Of a DNA stretch of 64,000 nt, positions 50,006-59,425 are shown piece after piece. Where the stretch lies: NCBI GenBank assembly GCA_963695875.1, contig CAVOID010000009.1:187568-251567 (forward strand), read 5' to 3'. Numbering within the stretch: the stretch's first letter is position 1; each line of letters starts with the position of its first letter. Source of the stretch: an uncultured delta proteobacterium (GTDB lineage: Bacteria; Desulfobacterota; Syntrophia; Syntrophales; UBA2185). The position numbers were made by a program, and so were the translations under genes. The notes under the pieces are model-generated. The model saw nothing but the letters and a program-made list of their open reading frames with translations. It did not search any database and was not told the DNA's origin.

Positions 50006-50641
50006 TCAGTCCTCCCAGAAGTTCTTGAAGCGGTCTGGTGACAGCTCCGTGTAGCGCACGGTGTGCATGATGTTCTTGTGGCCGAGGTAGTGCTGGAGGG
50101 CCCGCGTGTCCCTGCCATCGTTGGCGAGCTTGAAGCCACAGGCGTGCCTGAGCATGTGCGGATGCACCGAGAATTGGAACTTGGCGGCGATGGCCAGGCG
50201 CGAAAGCAGCTTGCGGAAGCCAGCGGGGGTCATTGGCGCGCCGCGCTCCGTCATGAAGATATAGCGACCAGCACCGTCTTCCCGCTTGAGGGCCCGCAGC
50301 GACCGCATCTCCTCCCCGCCAAGCTGGTGCACGCTGGGGATGCCGTTCTTCAGGCGCCGCACGTGAATGAACCCATGCGAGAAGTCGATCTGATCCCAGG
50401 TCAGAGTGCAAAGCTCGGAGACGCGCAGGCCGTGCCGGAAGGTGACCAGGATCATGGTGGCATCGCGCAGGCCGTAGCGGCGCCTGCCCTTCTTGGCGGC
50501 CGCGATCAGCCGCTCCACCTCCTTGGGCGTGAGGTATTCGCGTGGGCGAACATCCTTGTTGCGGCGCCGGGGCGGTGGCACTGTCCCATTTAGAAGAGCT
50601 GGCCGCACCTTGCGGCGACCCGATTTCGCTAAGGATTTCAT
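50006..50641 (-). CDS. FimB/FimE-like tyrosine recombinase
   Basis: REYLT..EV, RHGLRVSE, RRLKNG, HPHMLRHACG, LGHKNIMHTVRYT (R-K-H-R-H-Y complete). Confidence 0.93.
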   Translation of the reverse strand: MKSLAKSGRRKVRPALLNGTVPPPRRRNKDVRPREYLTPKEVERLIAAAKKGRRRYGLRDATMILVTFRHGLRVSELCTLTWDQIDFSHGFIHVRRLKNGIPSVHQLGGEEMRSLRALKREDGAGRYIFMTERGAPMTPAGFRKLLSRLAIAAKFQFSVHPHMLRHACGFKLANDGRDTRALQHYLGHKNIMHTVRYTELSPDRFKNFWED

Positions 50642-50687
50642 AGGGCCTGCTTTCACCACTGTCCCATGATTGAGTGTTGATGGGACA
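50579..50687. promoter_or_regulatory. Candidate recombinase binding sites
   Basis: CACTGTCCCAT at 50579 and 50657; TGTCCCAT-N12-ATGGGACA inverted pair 50660-50687. Confidence 0.5.
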
Positions 50688-50996
50688 CTACACGTTTACC
50701 GGCATGTGGTCCAGGGCTTGAGGCAGGCTGCTAGAGGCAGGCTCACCGCCCGAGCCTCGTCGCCATGTGGTTGGCGTTCCAGTTGACCGCCGAGCGCGGC
50801 GTCTACTTCGCCACCTATCGTGGCAGCTTCATCGCACCCAAGGCTGCCCCTGAGAGCGCGGCTTGCTTGCTAACCGCGGCACCACAGCCAGCCGCCTTGT
50901 CCCTGCTTTCAACCTTTGCCGTGTACCTCGACAAACCTTAACTGAACCTTAGCTTGGGGCACCAACTAACGCAGTGATGTGGGCATCGGCGCAGCC

Positions 50997-51782
50997 ATGA
51001 AGACACTCGTCACCCAACAGGACCTTCGGGGTGTGCGCAATCTTCCATTCTGCTACCTATGCGGTGCCGACTTCCAGACCAAAGAGGAGGCGGACCATGA
51101 TCATGTGCCGCCGGAGTGCGTCTTCGATAAGGGCGACCGCCAGCCTCTAAAACTGCGCACCCATGCCAAATGTAATCACGCGCACCACCTTGTGGACGAG
51201 AAGATAGGTCAGCTCATTGCGCTGCGGCGACGGAGTGGGACTGCAGACGCGCTCAGGTTTCTCCATACCGACATTGGCACCGCGTTAGTGAACTTGGATG
51301 TCGATAGCGCGGTGTGGCGTTGGATCATGGGCTTCCACGCCGCACTGTACGGCGAACCCCTTCGGTTTGGCCCCACGGGCACGATGGATCCACCTTTCTA
51401 CCGATCGCTAGTCCTCCCATTCCCGAAGGCGTCGCAAGAGACGCGGATCCCTGAACCTATTCGCATCCAGCATTTTCGCTTTGTCGAAACGATCAAGATC
51501 AACCGCTTCAAGGGGAACGTCGACCGATTGACGTGCAACAACGGGCAGGTGCGGTACGAATGCGTGTGGACTACCTATGACAAGACTCAGAATTGGTTTT
51601 GCGCTTTCGCGCTCAATGTGTGCGACTGGAAAGATCTAGGCGCCACTACCCCAAAAAACGCGCGAGGATGTGCTGGGCACTACATGACCGATACGAAACA
51701 GCATCCGGAGAACGCGACCGTCGCCAAGCGATCGCCTATCATTCTACCAAATCGCGACCCACTCGACCCTTTCGCGTCGTAA
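50997..51782 (+). CDS. Hypothetical protein with N-terminal HNH-like zinc-binding nuclease motif
   Basis: CYLCG...DHDHVPP..VF...HAKCN. Confidence 0.6.
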   Translation: MKTLVTQQDLRGVRNLPFCYLCGADFQTKEEADHDHVPPECVFDKGDRQPLKLRTHAKCNHAHHLVDEKIGQLIALRRRSGTADALRFLHTDIGTALVNLDVDSAVWRWIMGFHAALYGEPLRFGPTGTMDPPFYRSLVLPFPKASQETRIPEPIRIQHFRFVETIKINRFKGNVDRLTCNNGQVRYECVWTTYDKTQNWFCAFALNVCDWKDLGATTPKNARGCAGHYMTDTKQHPENATVAKRSPIILPNRDPLDPFAS

Positions 51783-51808
51783 GCTCTCCGCCACGATTGG
51801 GGACCGCA

Positions 51809-52186
51809 GTGCCAACTTTCAATGAACTCTCTCGCATGTACCGACTGGCCTACCGTGCGGCGCAATCTCGCGCGGCTCGCAAGATTTGGCGCTGCCTCTC
51901 AGAGCCAGAGTTCGTCACCCTTGTCGAGCGCGCTGGTGGACGATGCGAGGTGACGGGCCGGTGTTTTGACCGTATGGCCTATGTAGTCCCATGGCGCGGC
52001 CGAAAACCGTTCAAGAGCTATCCCTGGGCCCCATCCTTAGATAGGTTCGACAACTTGGCCGGGTATGAGGTTGCCAACGTGCGGTTGGTCTGCGCTCACG
52101 TAAATTCTGCGCTCAGCTACCTGCCGGATCACGTGTTCGCTGAAATGTGCCGAGCCTACGTGGCCAAACATGGGCCGGCCGCCTAG
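51809..52186 (+). CDS. Small His-Me/HNH-like endonuclease
   Basis: GRCEVTG...PSLDRFDN..GY...NVRLVC..VN. Confidence 0.6.
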   Translation: MPTFNELSRMYRLAYRAAQSRAARKIWRCLSEPEFVTLVERAGGRCEVTGRCFDRMAYVVPWRGRKPFKSYPWAPSLDRFDNLAGYEVANVRLVCAHVNSALSYLPDHVFAEMCRAYVAKHGPAA

Positions 52187-52358
52187 CGCTTCAATCGCTC
52201 TTGGTGGGCGATGGCCCCTCAATGATTGCCATATCGGGTTTTTGATGCAGCGGCTCACCCGCGCGAGTTGAACACGACGGTGCCGGCATTGGTCAGGTCG
52301 CAGCCGCCCAGTGAAGCGGCGCGACTGCGCCTGCTCACCGATGCACTCTGCGGGCGGC

Positions 52359-52529
52359 TCATCCCTTCCCGCCGGGCTCTTTGCCATCGGGCCATCGCTT
52401 GCCTTCGTAGGCTTCGATAGCGGTGACGATGGCCGCAAGCTCTCGCTCTTCATCGGACCCTTCTGAGAAACCGTCCAGCTGGTCCGCGCGTTGGACGAGA
52501 AGCGCGTGCTTTGCATCCGCCTCGCTCAT
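52359..52529 (-). CDS. Small hypothetical protein (HigA N-terminal-like)
   Basis: [24 protein letters not shown]. Confidence 0.5.
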   Translation of the reverse strand: MSEADAKHALLVQRADQLDGFSEGSDEERELAAIVTAIEAYEGKRWPDGKEPGGKG

Positions 52530-52808
52530 TGCGTTGCGCTGAAGGCTTCCGGCCGCCGTCATAGCCCTGATGCCGCCCGGCTGATGCCGCCGAGAGACAT
52601 TCGCTGCATCCGATGGGCTAAATGGGCCTCCACTTCTCCTCGGCCAACGCTTGCTTCCTTCGTCGACGGTAAGGAAGCTTATGAAGCCAAGCGATGACCC
52701 AGGGCAAAGAACCCGCCGGGAAGGTCTCGAAGATGGGCGCAATCGGGCAGAAGAAGCTCAAGACGCCGCACTCCAGCAACCACGGCGAGGATGCACCGGA
52801 GCACTTTG

Positions 52809-53552
52809 TCAGCGTGACAAGCGCTGGGGACCGCTGTCCTCCACCTTCGGCACCTTGGCAACGAACGGATCCATGGCAATGGCTTGCAGTAGGGCAAGCA
52901 CATGCGCTCCCATGTCCGTCACGAACGTCCAGTCGACGAAGTCGATGGGTTGGCCGACTTTGAACGCATAAGTCTTGCCAGCATAGGTCGGCGTCTCGTC
53001 TCTCTCTCCTTTCCCTCCCTTGCTTGGCCGGTAAACACCGTTGTTGTGGATGGTGTTCCTGGTGAGTTGAATGAGCGTTATCAACGGTCGAAAGGAGTTC
53101 TGCGGTCTTCGCGCGAGCAAGCAACCACTCGGCGATGCTGTTGAACTCGGCGGTCGCGCCGCCGCACGCGTCTGAATCGGCAGACCGGACGATGCCTCGT
53201 AGGTCAGACTCTGCAGGCGGAGAAAATGCCTTGAAGCGCTACAAACCGCAGCAGCACGTCACCTTCTCGATAGTGGTCCTTAAAGGCCTCTGGCAACGGC
53301 GCGGCCTGAAAGAAAGCTTTCCAGAAGTTCTCTGATGGAAAAATCACGCGTTGAAACACGTACATCGCCAGGACGCTCTGGAGAATGTTGCGCAGGCGAT
53401 GAATAGCCACTAGGCGAAGATCGTTGTCAGTCCAATGATGCGCGCCCTTGATCTCCGCTACAGCGACGTCGCATGCGTGTCGAAGATCATCGAGAGCGTG
53501 GCAAATCGGATCGCTCCCGACTTGCTCCTTTTCTTTGGCGCATCGAGCCCAT
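52809..53552 (-). pseudogene. Frameshifted hypothetical protein with HEPN-like RNTIH motif
   Basis: Consecutive frames read ..AEIKGAHHWTDNDLRLVAIHRLRNIL.. and ..LIQLTRNTIHNNGVY..; start uncertain. Confidence 0.4.
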
Positions 53553-53733
53553 GACGATCTCGCCGGTCATGACGACAAGGTGATCGTTGTCGCGCTTCCA
53601 GCCGGCATCCGGGAACTGATCTGCTGAGCGTTTGAGGCGAAGGGCCATGCGCCGAGGTTAGTCCGGTTCGCGCTGTTGAAAAGCCACTAGGGATGGTTGT
53701 GAAGGGTGCCGGCGCGCCGCTATATTTTGGGTC

Positions 53734-54369
53734 GTGCCGCATACCTCGTTGTTCGTCCCGCCCTGTGAGCCGATCTTGCGCCCGCACCAGCCGCGGGGCG
53801 AAGCCTGGCTGCACGAGGTCAAGTTTGACGGCTATCGGCTGCAAATCTGCAAGGTCGGTCCAAAGGTCACGCTCTACTCGCGCCACGGCAACGAGTGGGC
53901 TGATCGGCTGTCCCATCTTGCGGCCGCGCTGACTTCGCTCGTCTGTGGCAGCGCAATCATTGATGCGGAGCTGGTGTCGACGGATAGCGACGGCATTGCC
54001 GACTTTGGCACGCTGCATCGGCTCATGAGCCGCCGGCGCGAAGATGGCTTAGTGGCGTGGGCCTTCGACATGATGATGCTCGACGGCCGAGATATCCGCG
54101 CGTTGCCCTACGTTGAGCGCAAGGCGAAGTTGGACCAAATCGTCCAGCGCTCGCGCATCGCATCCCTCTACCACAGTGAACCCTTCGACGACGGTGAGCG
54201 GCTACTGGTCGAATGTGAGCGGCGCGGGCTCGAGGGTATCGTCTCGAAGCGCCGCGACAGCCTCTATCGCTCGGGCAAGTCGAGTGCCTGGGTCAAAGTG
54301 AAATGTACCGCGTGGCGCGAGGCGAACCGCGACCGGCATGAGCTGTTCGACCAGGGGCGCTCACCCTGA
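53734..54369 (+). CDS. ATP-dependent DNA ligase, adenylation domain only (LigD-like)
   Basis: WLHEVKFDGYR, IIDAEL, AFD, LEGIVSKR, YRSG...WVKVK. Confidence 0.9.
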   Translation: MPHTSLFVPPCEPILRPHQPRGEAWLHEVKFDGYRLQICKVGPKVTLYSRHGNEWADRLSHLAAALTSLVCGSAIIDAELVSTDSDGIADFGTLHRLMSRRREDGLVAWAFDMMMLDGRDIRALPYVERKAKLDQIVQRSRIASLYHSEPFDDGERLLVECERRGLEGIVSKRRDSLYRSGKSSAWVKVKCTAWREANRDRHELFDQGRSP

Positions 54370-54427
54370 AAGCGCGGGTTTCACCTTGCGTCACGAGAAA
54401 ATCTTAACCACTGCAACGGGTGGCCGG

Positions 54428-54453
54428 GGAACCGTGTGTTCCCTCGGGTAGTT
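54428..54453 (+). promoter_or_regulatory. EcfG/RpoE2-type general stress promoter candidate
   Basis: GGAAC-N18-GTT. Confidence 0.45.
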
Positions 54454-54487
54454 TGCCTCCAGTCGTTCGCCCCAATGTGAGGCGCGC

Positions 54488-54583
54488 ATGGACTTCTTGC
54501 TCACGGAAGAGAGTCTGATCCTGCTCACGCTGCTCGTGGGCATGCTCGGAGCTGTCGTCGGCTTGAGTCGCGGCGCGTCCTAG
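54488..54583 (+). CDS. 31 aa single-TM peptide
   Basis: RBS GAGG; MDFLLTEESLILLTLLVGMLGAVVGLSRGAS*. Confidence 0.5.
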   Translation: MDFLLTEESLILLTLLVGMLGAVVGLSRGAS

Positions 54584-54693
54584 GCGGAAATGCCGTAGTG
54601 ACTCGAAGTCCCTTTATTTATGCACCTGGCTGACGCAGCCACGGGACCTATCTTTCAGGGTATCAGCTGTCGCTGGCCTGCGGCGCCAAAATC

Positions 54694-55941
54694 TTACCGG
54701 AAGCTCGCAACACGCTCGGCCTGCTCGAGCAGGAGGCGGGCGTTGTCAGCCAGCATCGTGCCGGCGGGCTCGCCCTTGACCTTGATGGTCGGGTTCGACC
54801 AGACCGGCAAGCGCGGGCAGCCGTTGCAACCGGCGCCGTAGCTCATGATGTCGCGCCACTTGGTGCCGTTGACGTAGCCGTGGCCGTAGGCGGACGCGGA
54901 CTGGGTCTGGTCGACGGCGGCGTCGTGCCGGGCGCCGATGATGTGGCCGATCTCGTGCGGGATCGAGTACATCAGGGCCGCGCAGGTGTGGTGCACGACG
55001 GCGAAGGCCTCTTCCGCATCGGCGCCAACCCGCGTGGCAAGCCCGCAGCCCGACGCATCGTCGACGATCAGGATCACGACATCGGCCCGCTTCTCGTTGC
55101 GCAGCGCGTGCACCTTCTCGAACGGCCCGACACCGTCGACCATGCGGTAGAGATGGTTGAAGTGGTCGCGCTCCGTCTCGGTGTAGTCGACGGCCTGGGT
55201 GTGGGCGAGGTTGAGCGCGATGTTGCCGATGCCGCTGTTGCGGAACGAGGCGTTTGCTTCCTCGATGGCGTGCGCGATCAGGTCCGTCTCGATGTCGACG
55301 TAGTTGGCGGCGGCCTTCTTGGTGTAGAGCACCATGACGTCGATGGTGGTCTTCCTGGCAGCGAGCTCCTGGCGCTGCGCCGGGGACAGCAGCGCGATCT
55401 GCATCGGCGGGGACTGGATGGCGTCGGACGTGGCGTCAGCCGTATCGTGATGCTGGTGATCTCGGGCCGCACGCTCCCGCAGATGCAGGAACGACGTGAT
55501 GCTCCGCGAGACGAGCGACGTCTCCTTCTGAGGCGCCTGGGCGAGCATGGCTTCGTGCTGGGCCGCGATGCGCTCGGGATCGAGTTCGGCAATCGCCTGA
55601 ATGCGACCGTTGACGCTGGCGGGCTTCTGGAAGGTGTAGACCCGGCCGCGAGAGGCGAGCATGCCGCTGGAGCGGCCGTCGTTCCAGCCCATCAGCATGG
55701 CCGGCTCGCCCGTCTCGGTCGTCTCGCCACGCCAGGTGGTGCCACTTTCGCGGGTCTCGACTGAGGTGAGGCGGACCGTGACGCGCTGCTTGTCGTTGAG
55801 GTGGACGACGATCCGGGACGTGAACAGGCGGTCCACGAGGTCGGAGACGATGCTTCCGGCTGCGAGCGCGGGGGCGATGATCAGAGCGAGAGCCACGTAC
55901 CGCACGGTAGACCTCCAGTCCTTGGCGTGAGCCCGTTGCAC
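54694..55941 (-). CDS. M12/reprolysin-like secreted zinc metallopeptidase
   Basis: IDVMVLYT, ADVV, CGLA, HEIGHIIGARHD, Met-turn DIMSY; N-terminal signal-like helix. Confidence 0.88.
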   Translation of the reverse strand: MQRAHAKDWRSTVRYVALALIIAPALAAGSIVSDLVDRLFTSRIVVHLNDKQRVTVRLTSVETRESGTTWRGETTETGEPAMLMGWNDGRSSGMLASRGRVYTFQKPASVNGRIQAIAELDPERIAAQHEAMLAQAPQKETSLVSRSITSFLHLRERAARDHQHHDTADATSDAIQSPPMQIALLSPAQRQELAARKTTIDVMVLYTKKAAANYVDIETDLIAHAIEEANASFRNSGIGNIALNLAHTQAVDYTETERDHFNHLYRMVDGVGPFEKVHALRNEKRADVVILIVDDASGCGLATRVGADAEEAFAVVHHTCAALMYSIPHEIGHIIGARHDAAVDQTQSASAYGHGYVNGTKWRDIMSYGAGCNGCPRLPVWSNPTIKVKGEPAGTMLADNARLLLEQAERVASFR

Positions 55942-56248
55942 CGGGTTTTCACGCTGGGGACGGTAGGTCCGCTGTTACCTTCGGCACTATTCTCGGAGTT
56001 TTCTGCCTTTCGCCGGAATTGTTCCGGCTTTCCTGAGCTTTCCGGTTGGGAAGCCGCTTCGGAGAGGCCCGGCAATAGGCGATCAGCTCGGATGCTCAAC
56101 GACCGTGCCCATAACAGGCTTGCCGTCGCTTCCGGGACAGGAGCAGGCATCTCCAGCTGGTTGCGCGTCTTGAAGCTTGCAAGTGATGGCCGGCGTCTTG
56201 CAGACCGTTCCCAAAGGCTTGGGAGCAAGCGAGCGTTTCTTTGGAGGC

Positions 56249-56277
56249 AGTGGCCCCCCAAACGGTCTTTCTTGAGC
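56249..56277. repeat. Intergenic motif also present at 58559-58588
   Basis: AGTGGCCCCCCAAACGGTCTTTC versus AGTGGACCGCCAAATGGTCTTTC (20/23), both followed by GAGC. Confidence 0.45.
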
Positions 56278-56414
56278 CAGACGCATCGATCTCCGGGCGG
56301 ACATGTCGTCGATTCCCTCGGCGGTATTTGTTGGAGTGAAGGAAACGCTGCACAGGACTATGAAGTTGACCCGGTTTGGTGGACACCCGACCTTTTGGGT
56401 CGAAGGAGTTCACG

Positions 56415-56729
56415 ATGTCGAAGCGAAGACCGCCCTACCCAGCAGAGTTTCGGCGTCAGATGGTCGAGCTGGCGCGAGCCGGCCGGACGCCGGAGGAGCT
56501 TTCCCGCGAGTTCGGCCCCACCGCGCAATCGATCCGCAACTGGGTCGCCCAGGCTGACCGTGACGAGGGCCGGCGCGCCGACGGCCTGACCACGCCCGAG
56601 CGCCAGGAACTGGTGCGCCTGAGGCGCGAGAACCGTCAGCTCAAGTTGGAGAGGGAGATCCTCTCAAAAGCCGCGGCCTGGTTCGCTCGGGAGACGAACA
56701 AGATCCCAGGGAAGGATGGAAGTTCGTGA
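56415..56729 (+). CDS. IS3 transposase OrfA
   Basis: YPAEFRRQMV HTH, ELVRLRREN..LK.EREIL.KAAAWF. Confidence 0.9.
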   Translation: MSKRRPPYPAEFRRQMVELARAGRTPEELSREFGPTAQSIRNWVAQADRDEGRRADGLTTPERQELVRLRRENRQLKLEREILSKAAAWFARETNKIPGKDGSS

Positions 56730-57799
56730 GCGAGAACCGGGCCAGCTACCCCGTCGCCGTGATGTGCCGCACCTTGGGTGTCTCCTCCAGCGGCTATCAC
56801 GCATGGGTCAAGCGTGCGCCATCGTCGCGTGCCGTATCGGACGCCGAGCTGACGGAGAAGATCCGCGCTGCGCACACGGCCTCGAGGGGCACCTACGGTG
56901 TGCCGCGCATCCAATTCGACCTGGCCGAGGCGGGCATCCGCGTCGGCCGGAGGCGCGTGGCGCGGCTGATGCGGACGGCAGGCCTCGCCGGCGTCAGCCG
57001 TCGCAAGTTCGTCACCACGACGGTGCGGGACGGTGGCCATCAGGCTCCCGATCTCGTCGATCGGAAGTTTGTCGCTGAAAGGCAGAATATGCTGTGGGTG
57101 GCTGATATTACGTACATACCGACGTGGGCGGGGTTCCTCTACCTCGCCGTCGTGCTCGATGTCTTCAGCCGGCGGATCGTGGGCTGGTCGATGGCCACCA
57201 CGTTGCACACGCAGATCGTGCTCGATGCGTTGAGCATGGCACTCTGGCAGCGGCGCGCGAAAGATGTGATCCACCACTCCGACCAGGGCTCGCAATATAC
57301 CTCCATCGAGTTCGGCAGGCGCTGCCGTGAGGCGGGCGTGCGCCCCTCGATGGGATCGGTCGGCGACGCCTACGACAATGCGATGGCGGAGAGTTTCTTC
57401 GCCACGCTCGAATGCGAGTTGCTGGACCGGCGGCGGTTCCGGACGCAGGCCGAGGCGCGCATGGCGGTCTTCGAGTTCATCGAGGGCTTCTACAATCCGC
57501 GCCGTCGGCACTCCTCGCTCGGCTACCTGTCGCCCGTCGAGTTCGAGCGGCAGCAGGCAGAAGGGACCCTCGATCCCGGCATACACCACCCTGCCGCCGT
57601 GCTCGGAGCCGTCAAGGTACGGCCTGGAGATGTCGCAATGGGAGGCGAGCTCAGCGCGACGGCCGACCTTGACCGCCCCTGCGCGCGACGGCTCCACGTT
57701 CGTGCAGGCCGGGACGAAAAGATGCACTCGGCCGAACCAAAAGATGGGCCCAGAAAGCAACAGAAGGAGGACACATTGCCCCCAAACCCGCTACCCTGA
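56726..57799 (+). CDS. IS3 transposase OrfB (DDE) with C-terminal extension
   Basis: WVADITY, DVFSRRIVGW, HHSDQGSQY, DNAMAESFF, YN..RRHSSLG. Confidence 0.92.
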   Translation: MSENRASYPVAVMCRTLGVSSSGYHAWVKRAPSSRAVSDAELTEKIRAAHTASRGTYGVPRIQFDLAEAGIRVGRRRVARLMRTAGLAGVSRRKFVTTTVRDGGHQAPDLVDRKFVAERQNMLWVADITYIPTWAGFLYLAVVLDVFSRRIVGWSMATTLHTQIVLDALSMALWQRRAKDVIHHSDQGSQYTSIEFGRRCREAGVRPSMGSVGDAYDNAMAESFFATLECELLDRRRFRTQAEARMAVFEFIEGFYNPRRRHSSLGYLSPVEFERQQAEGTLDPGIHHPAAVLGAVKVRPGDVAMGGELSATADLDRPCARRLHVRAGRDEKMHSAEPKDGPRKQQKEDTLPPNPLP

Positions 57800-58149
57800 T
57801 CCCAAACACTCACCTCTCCACGAAACCGGGGCAAGTCCACTATGGCTGTCACCGCAGCGATCAAACGCAACGAACTCATCGGGCTCATCCAGGATGGAGT
57901 GCACTGTGGGTCGACTTGTCGCTAGATCAAGCGGGTCCTGTTCTCGCATGGTGCTCTATCGCTCTGCCTATCCCATCACGGCCGTCAGTACCGAAAGCAG
58001 GACAACTGTGCCTCCTCGAACGGCGTGGGGGCTGCGTGGTGCATTCCTGCCCATCACAGGCCAGGGTGGCAGGGATCGCCAGAAGGCCGAACGCTGCTGC
58101 ACCGGTTGTCAGCACCTTCAAGGCGATCCCTTTTCGTTTGTTTTGCGTA

Positions 58150-58302
58150 TCAGCGGTCACCTCTTAAGAACTGTTGGTTGCTCTGGTCAGCCTGAAATTT
58201 GCTGCCGCCACCGGATGTCTCAGCAGCCGCAGCCTGCACCAGCAGAACCGAGCTCGAAATGCCCGCAATGGTTAGCGTCAGGGCGACAATGAAGGTCTTC
58301 AT
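58150..58302 (-). CDS. 50 aa secreted small protein
   Basis: RBS GGAGG; MKTFIVALTLTIAGISSSVLLVQAAAA signal peptide + ETSGGGSKFQADQSNQQFLRGDR. Confidence 0.55.
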   Translation of the reverse strand: MKTFIVALTLTIAGISSSVLLVQAAAAETSGGGSKFQADQSNQQFLRGDR

Positions 58303-58940
58303 GCGTGTCCTCCGTCTGGGTTGGGCTCACGACCCATGAGCCGATGCGAGGACCCTAGCGGCGCATAGTTTGCGCGCACATCTTCGGAGCTTTCCGCTGT
58401 TTGCCCGTTCTTTCCGGGCCGTTCCGCGTCAAGACCAGTGCCCAAGGTCACGTCGATCGACATCTGTCGGGCACGACACCCTCCACTCCGGTCGACTTGC
58501 GTGGATGTGCACGTGAGCATGCGTTTGTTGCCGATCTTCCCCTGCGCTCGAAGTGGGTAGTGGACCGCCAAATGGTCTTTCCTGGAGCAAGTAGAAGCTG
58601 CCGGTGGAACCGCTGGCAGCGGTGAGAGCCTGGTGCATTTTCTTCTCCTGTCCGCGCGATCCTTGCGAGTGACCGCGTCTTGCGGCCAGCTCTGCGCGAC
58701 ACTCGCGTTGAAAGGGGGAGCGCCCTGTCACGTGGGTTACAGGGCGGGAGATCCGGTCAGGATGTGCGGTTCGATTTTGGGAAAGACAGGGTTTTCCCGG
58801 ATGCCTCGTCGGCTCGGCGCCTCTCCGACCTCATGTTGACGGAGTCGTCGCCCGCTAGTCCCGGCCGGCGAACGCCCGTCATTGCAGCCCCCGAGTAGGC
58901 GATGCCTCGGGGGCCGCGCTCTTGCGGAGGCCGAGCCGGA

Positions 58941-59186
58941 ATGGACGACGCCCAACTCTGGCGCCGGCGTCCGTCGGAAGCCCGTCTGCGTGCTGACGCT
59001 GAGCCGGATCCCACTATCAAGCGCAAATTGAAGGGCATCTCCCGTAGTTACGAAGCGATGGCCGATCGTGCCGAAGAACGGGCCGGGCGTGGTCACGTCG
59101 CGCTATCCGGCGGTGGTCACGGCGCTCAAAGCCCGCCCTGCGCGTTCCGCGATCATCGACGCAGAGTTGACGGTGTGCGGAAGTGA
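58941..59186 (+). CDS. Small hypothetical protein, C-terminus probably read-through
   Basis: RBS GGAGG; WR.R..EAR..AD...DP..KR.L..I..SY..MA.RAE pattern. Confidence 0.5.
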   Translation: MDDAQLWRRRPSEARLRADAEPDPTIKRKLKGISRSYEAMADRAEERAGRGHVALSGGGHGAQSPPCAFRDHRRRVDGVRK

Positions 59187-59211
59187 CGGCGTGCCCCCGT
59201 TCCACCGCTTG
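59095..59211 (+). pseudogene. ATP-dependent DNA ligase remnant
   Basis: RYPAVVTAL....RSAIIDAELTV..SDGV..F..L aligns by eye with the 53734 ligase (SAIIDAELV..SDG..F..L). Confidence 0.6.
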
Positions 59212-59271
59212 CTGATTGGTGGATTCCAAAACTGTTCGACTCCGGGAATGGATCGCAACCGGGGTGCAAGC

Positions 59272-59370
59272 CCGTACAAAAACCCGTACCCAAAGAGCCC
59301 ATGAAAATCCCGCAACTGGGCCTGTTCCGACAACGTGGCAGGAGTGGTACAAAAACAGTTGATTTTGTAC
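59272..59370. promoter_or_regulatory. Candidate res site of the resolvase
   Basis: GTACAAAA-N8-TTTTGTAC (59347-59370) plus GTACAAAA half-site at 59274. Confidence 0.6.
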
Positions 59371-59425
59371 GGCACAGGGCTAGCCTACATGCTCACCATC
59401 GAGGTTCGCCCAGGGGGTAGGTCCA

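Larger units (their letters stand above)
56361..57839 (+). mobile_element. IS3-family insertion sequence (1479 bp) with 3 bp CTA target duplication
   Basis: TG..CA ends; IRL TGAAGTTGACCCGGTTTGGTGGA versus IRR(rc) TGGACTTGCCCCGGTTTCGTGGA; CTA at 56358-56360 and 57840-57842. Confidence 0.92.

Noticed and set aside
49053..50593. Long overlapping ORFs (49053-50411, 50063-50593) and similar ones opposite aor, DUF4015, the peptidase and IS3
   Set aside because: Antisense or off-frame shadows of well-supported genes, common in high-GC DNA
50938..50952. CtrA-like box TTAA-N7-TTAG
   Set aside because: Single imperfect match with no corroborating context
57927..58160. Second small secreted protein (KVLTTGAAAFGLLAIPATLAC...)
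   Set aside because: Signal-like start, but the rest has no recognisable pattern and may be frameshifted or disrupted near the IS3; too weak to call
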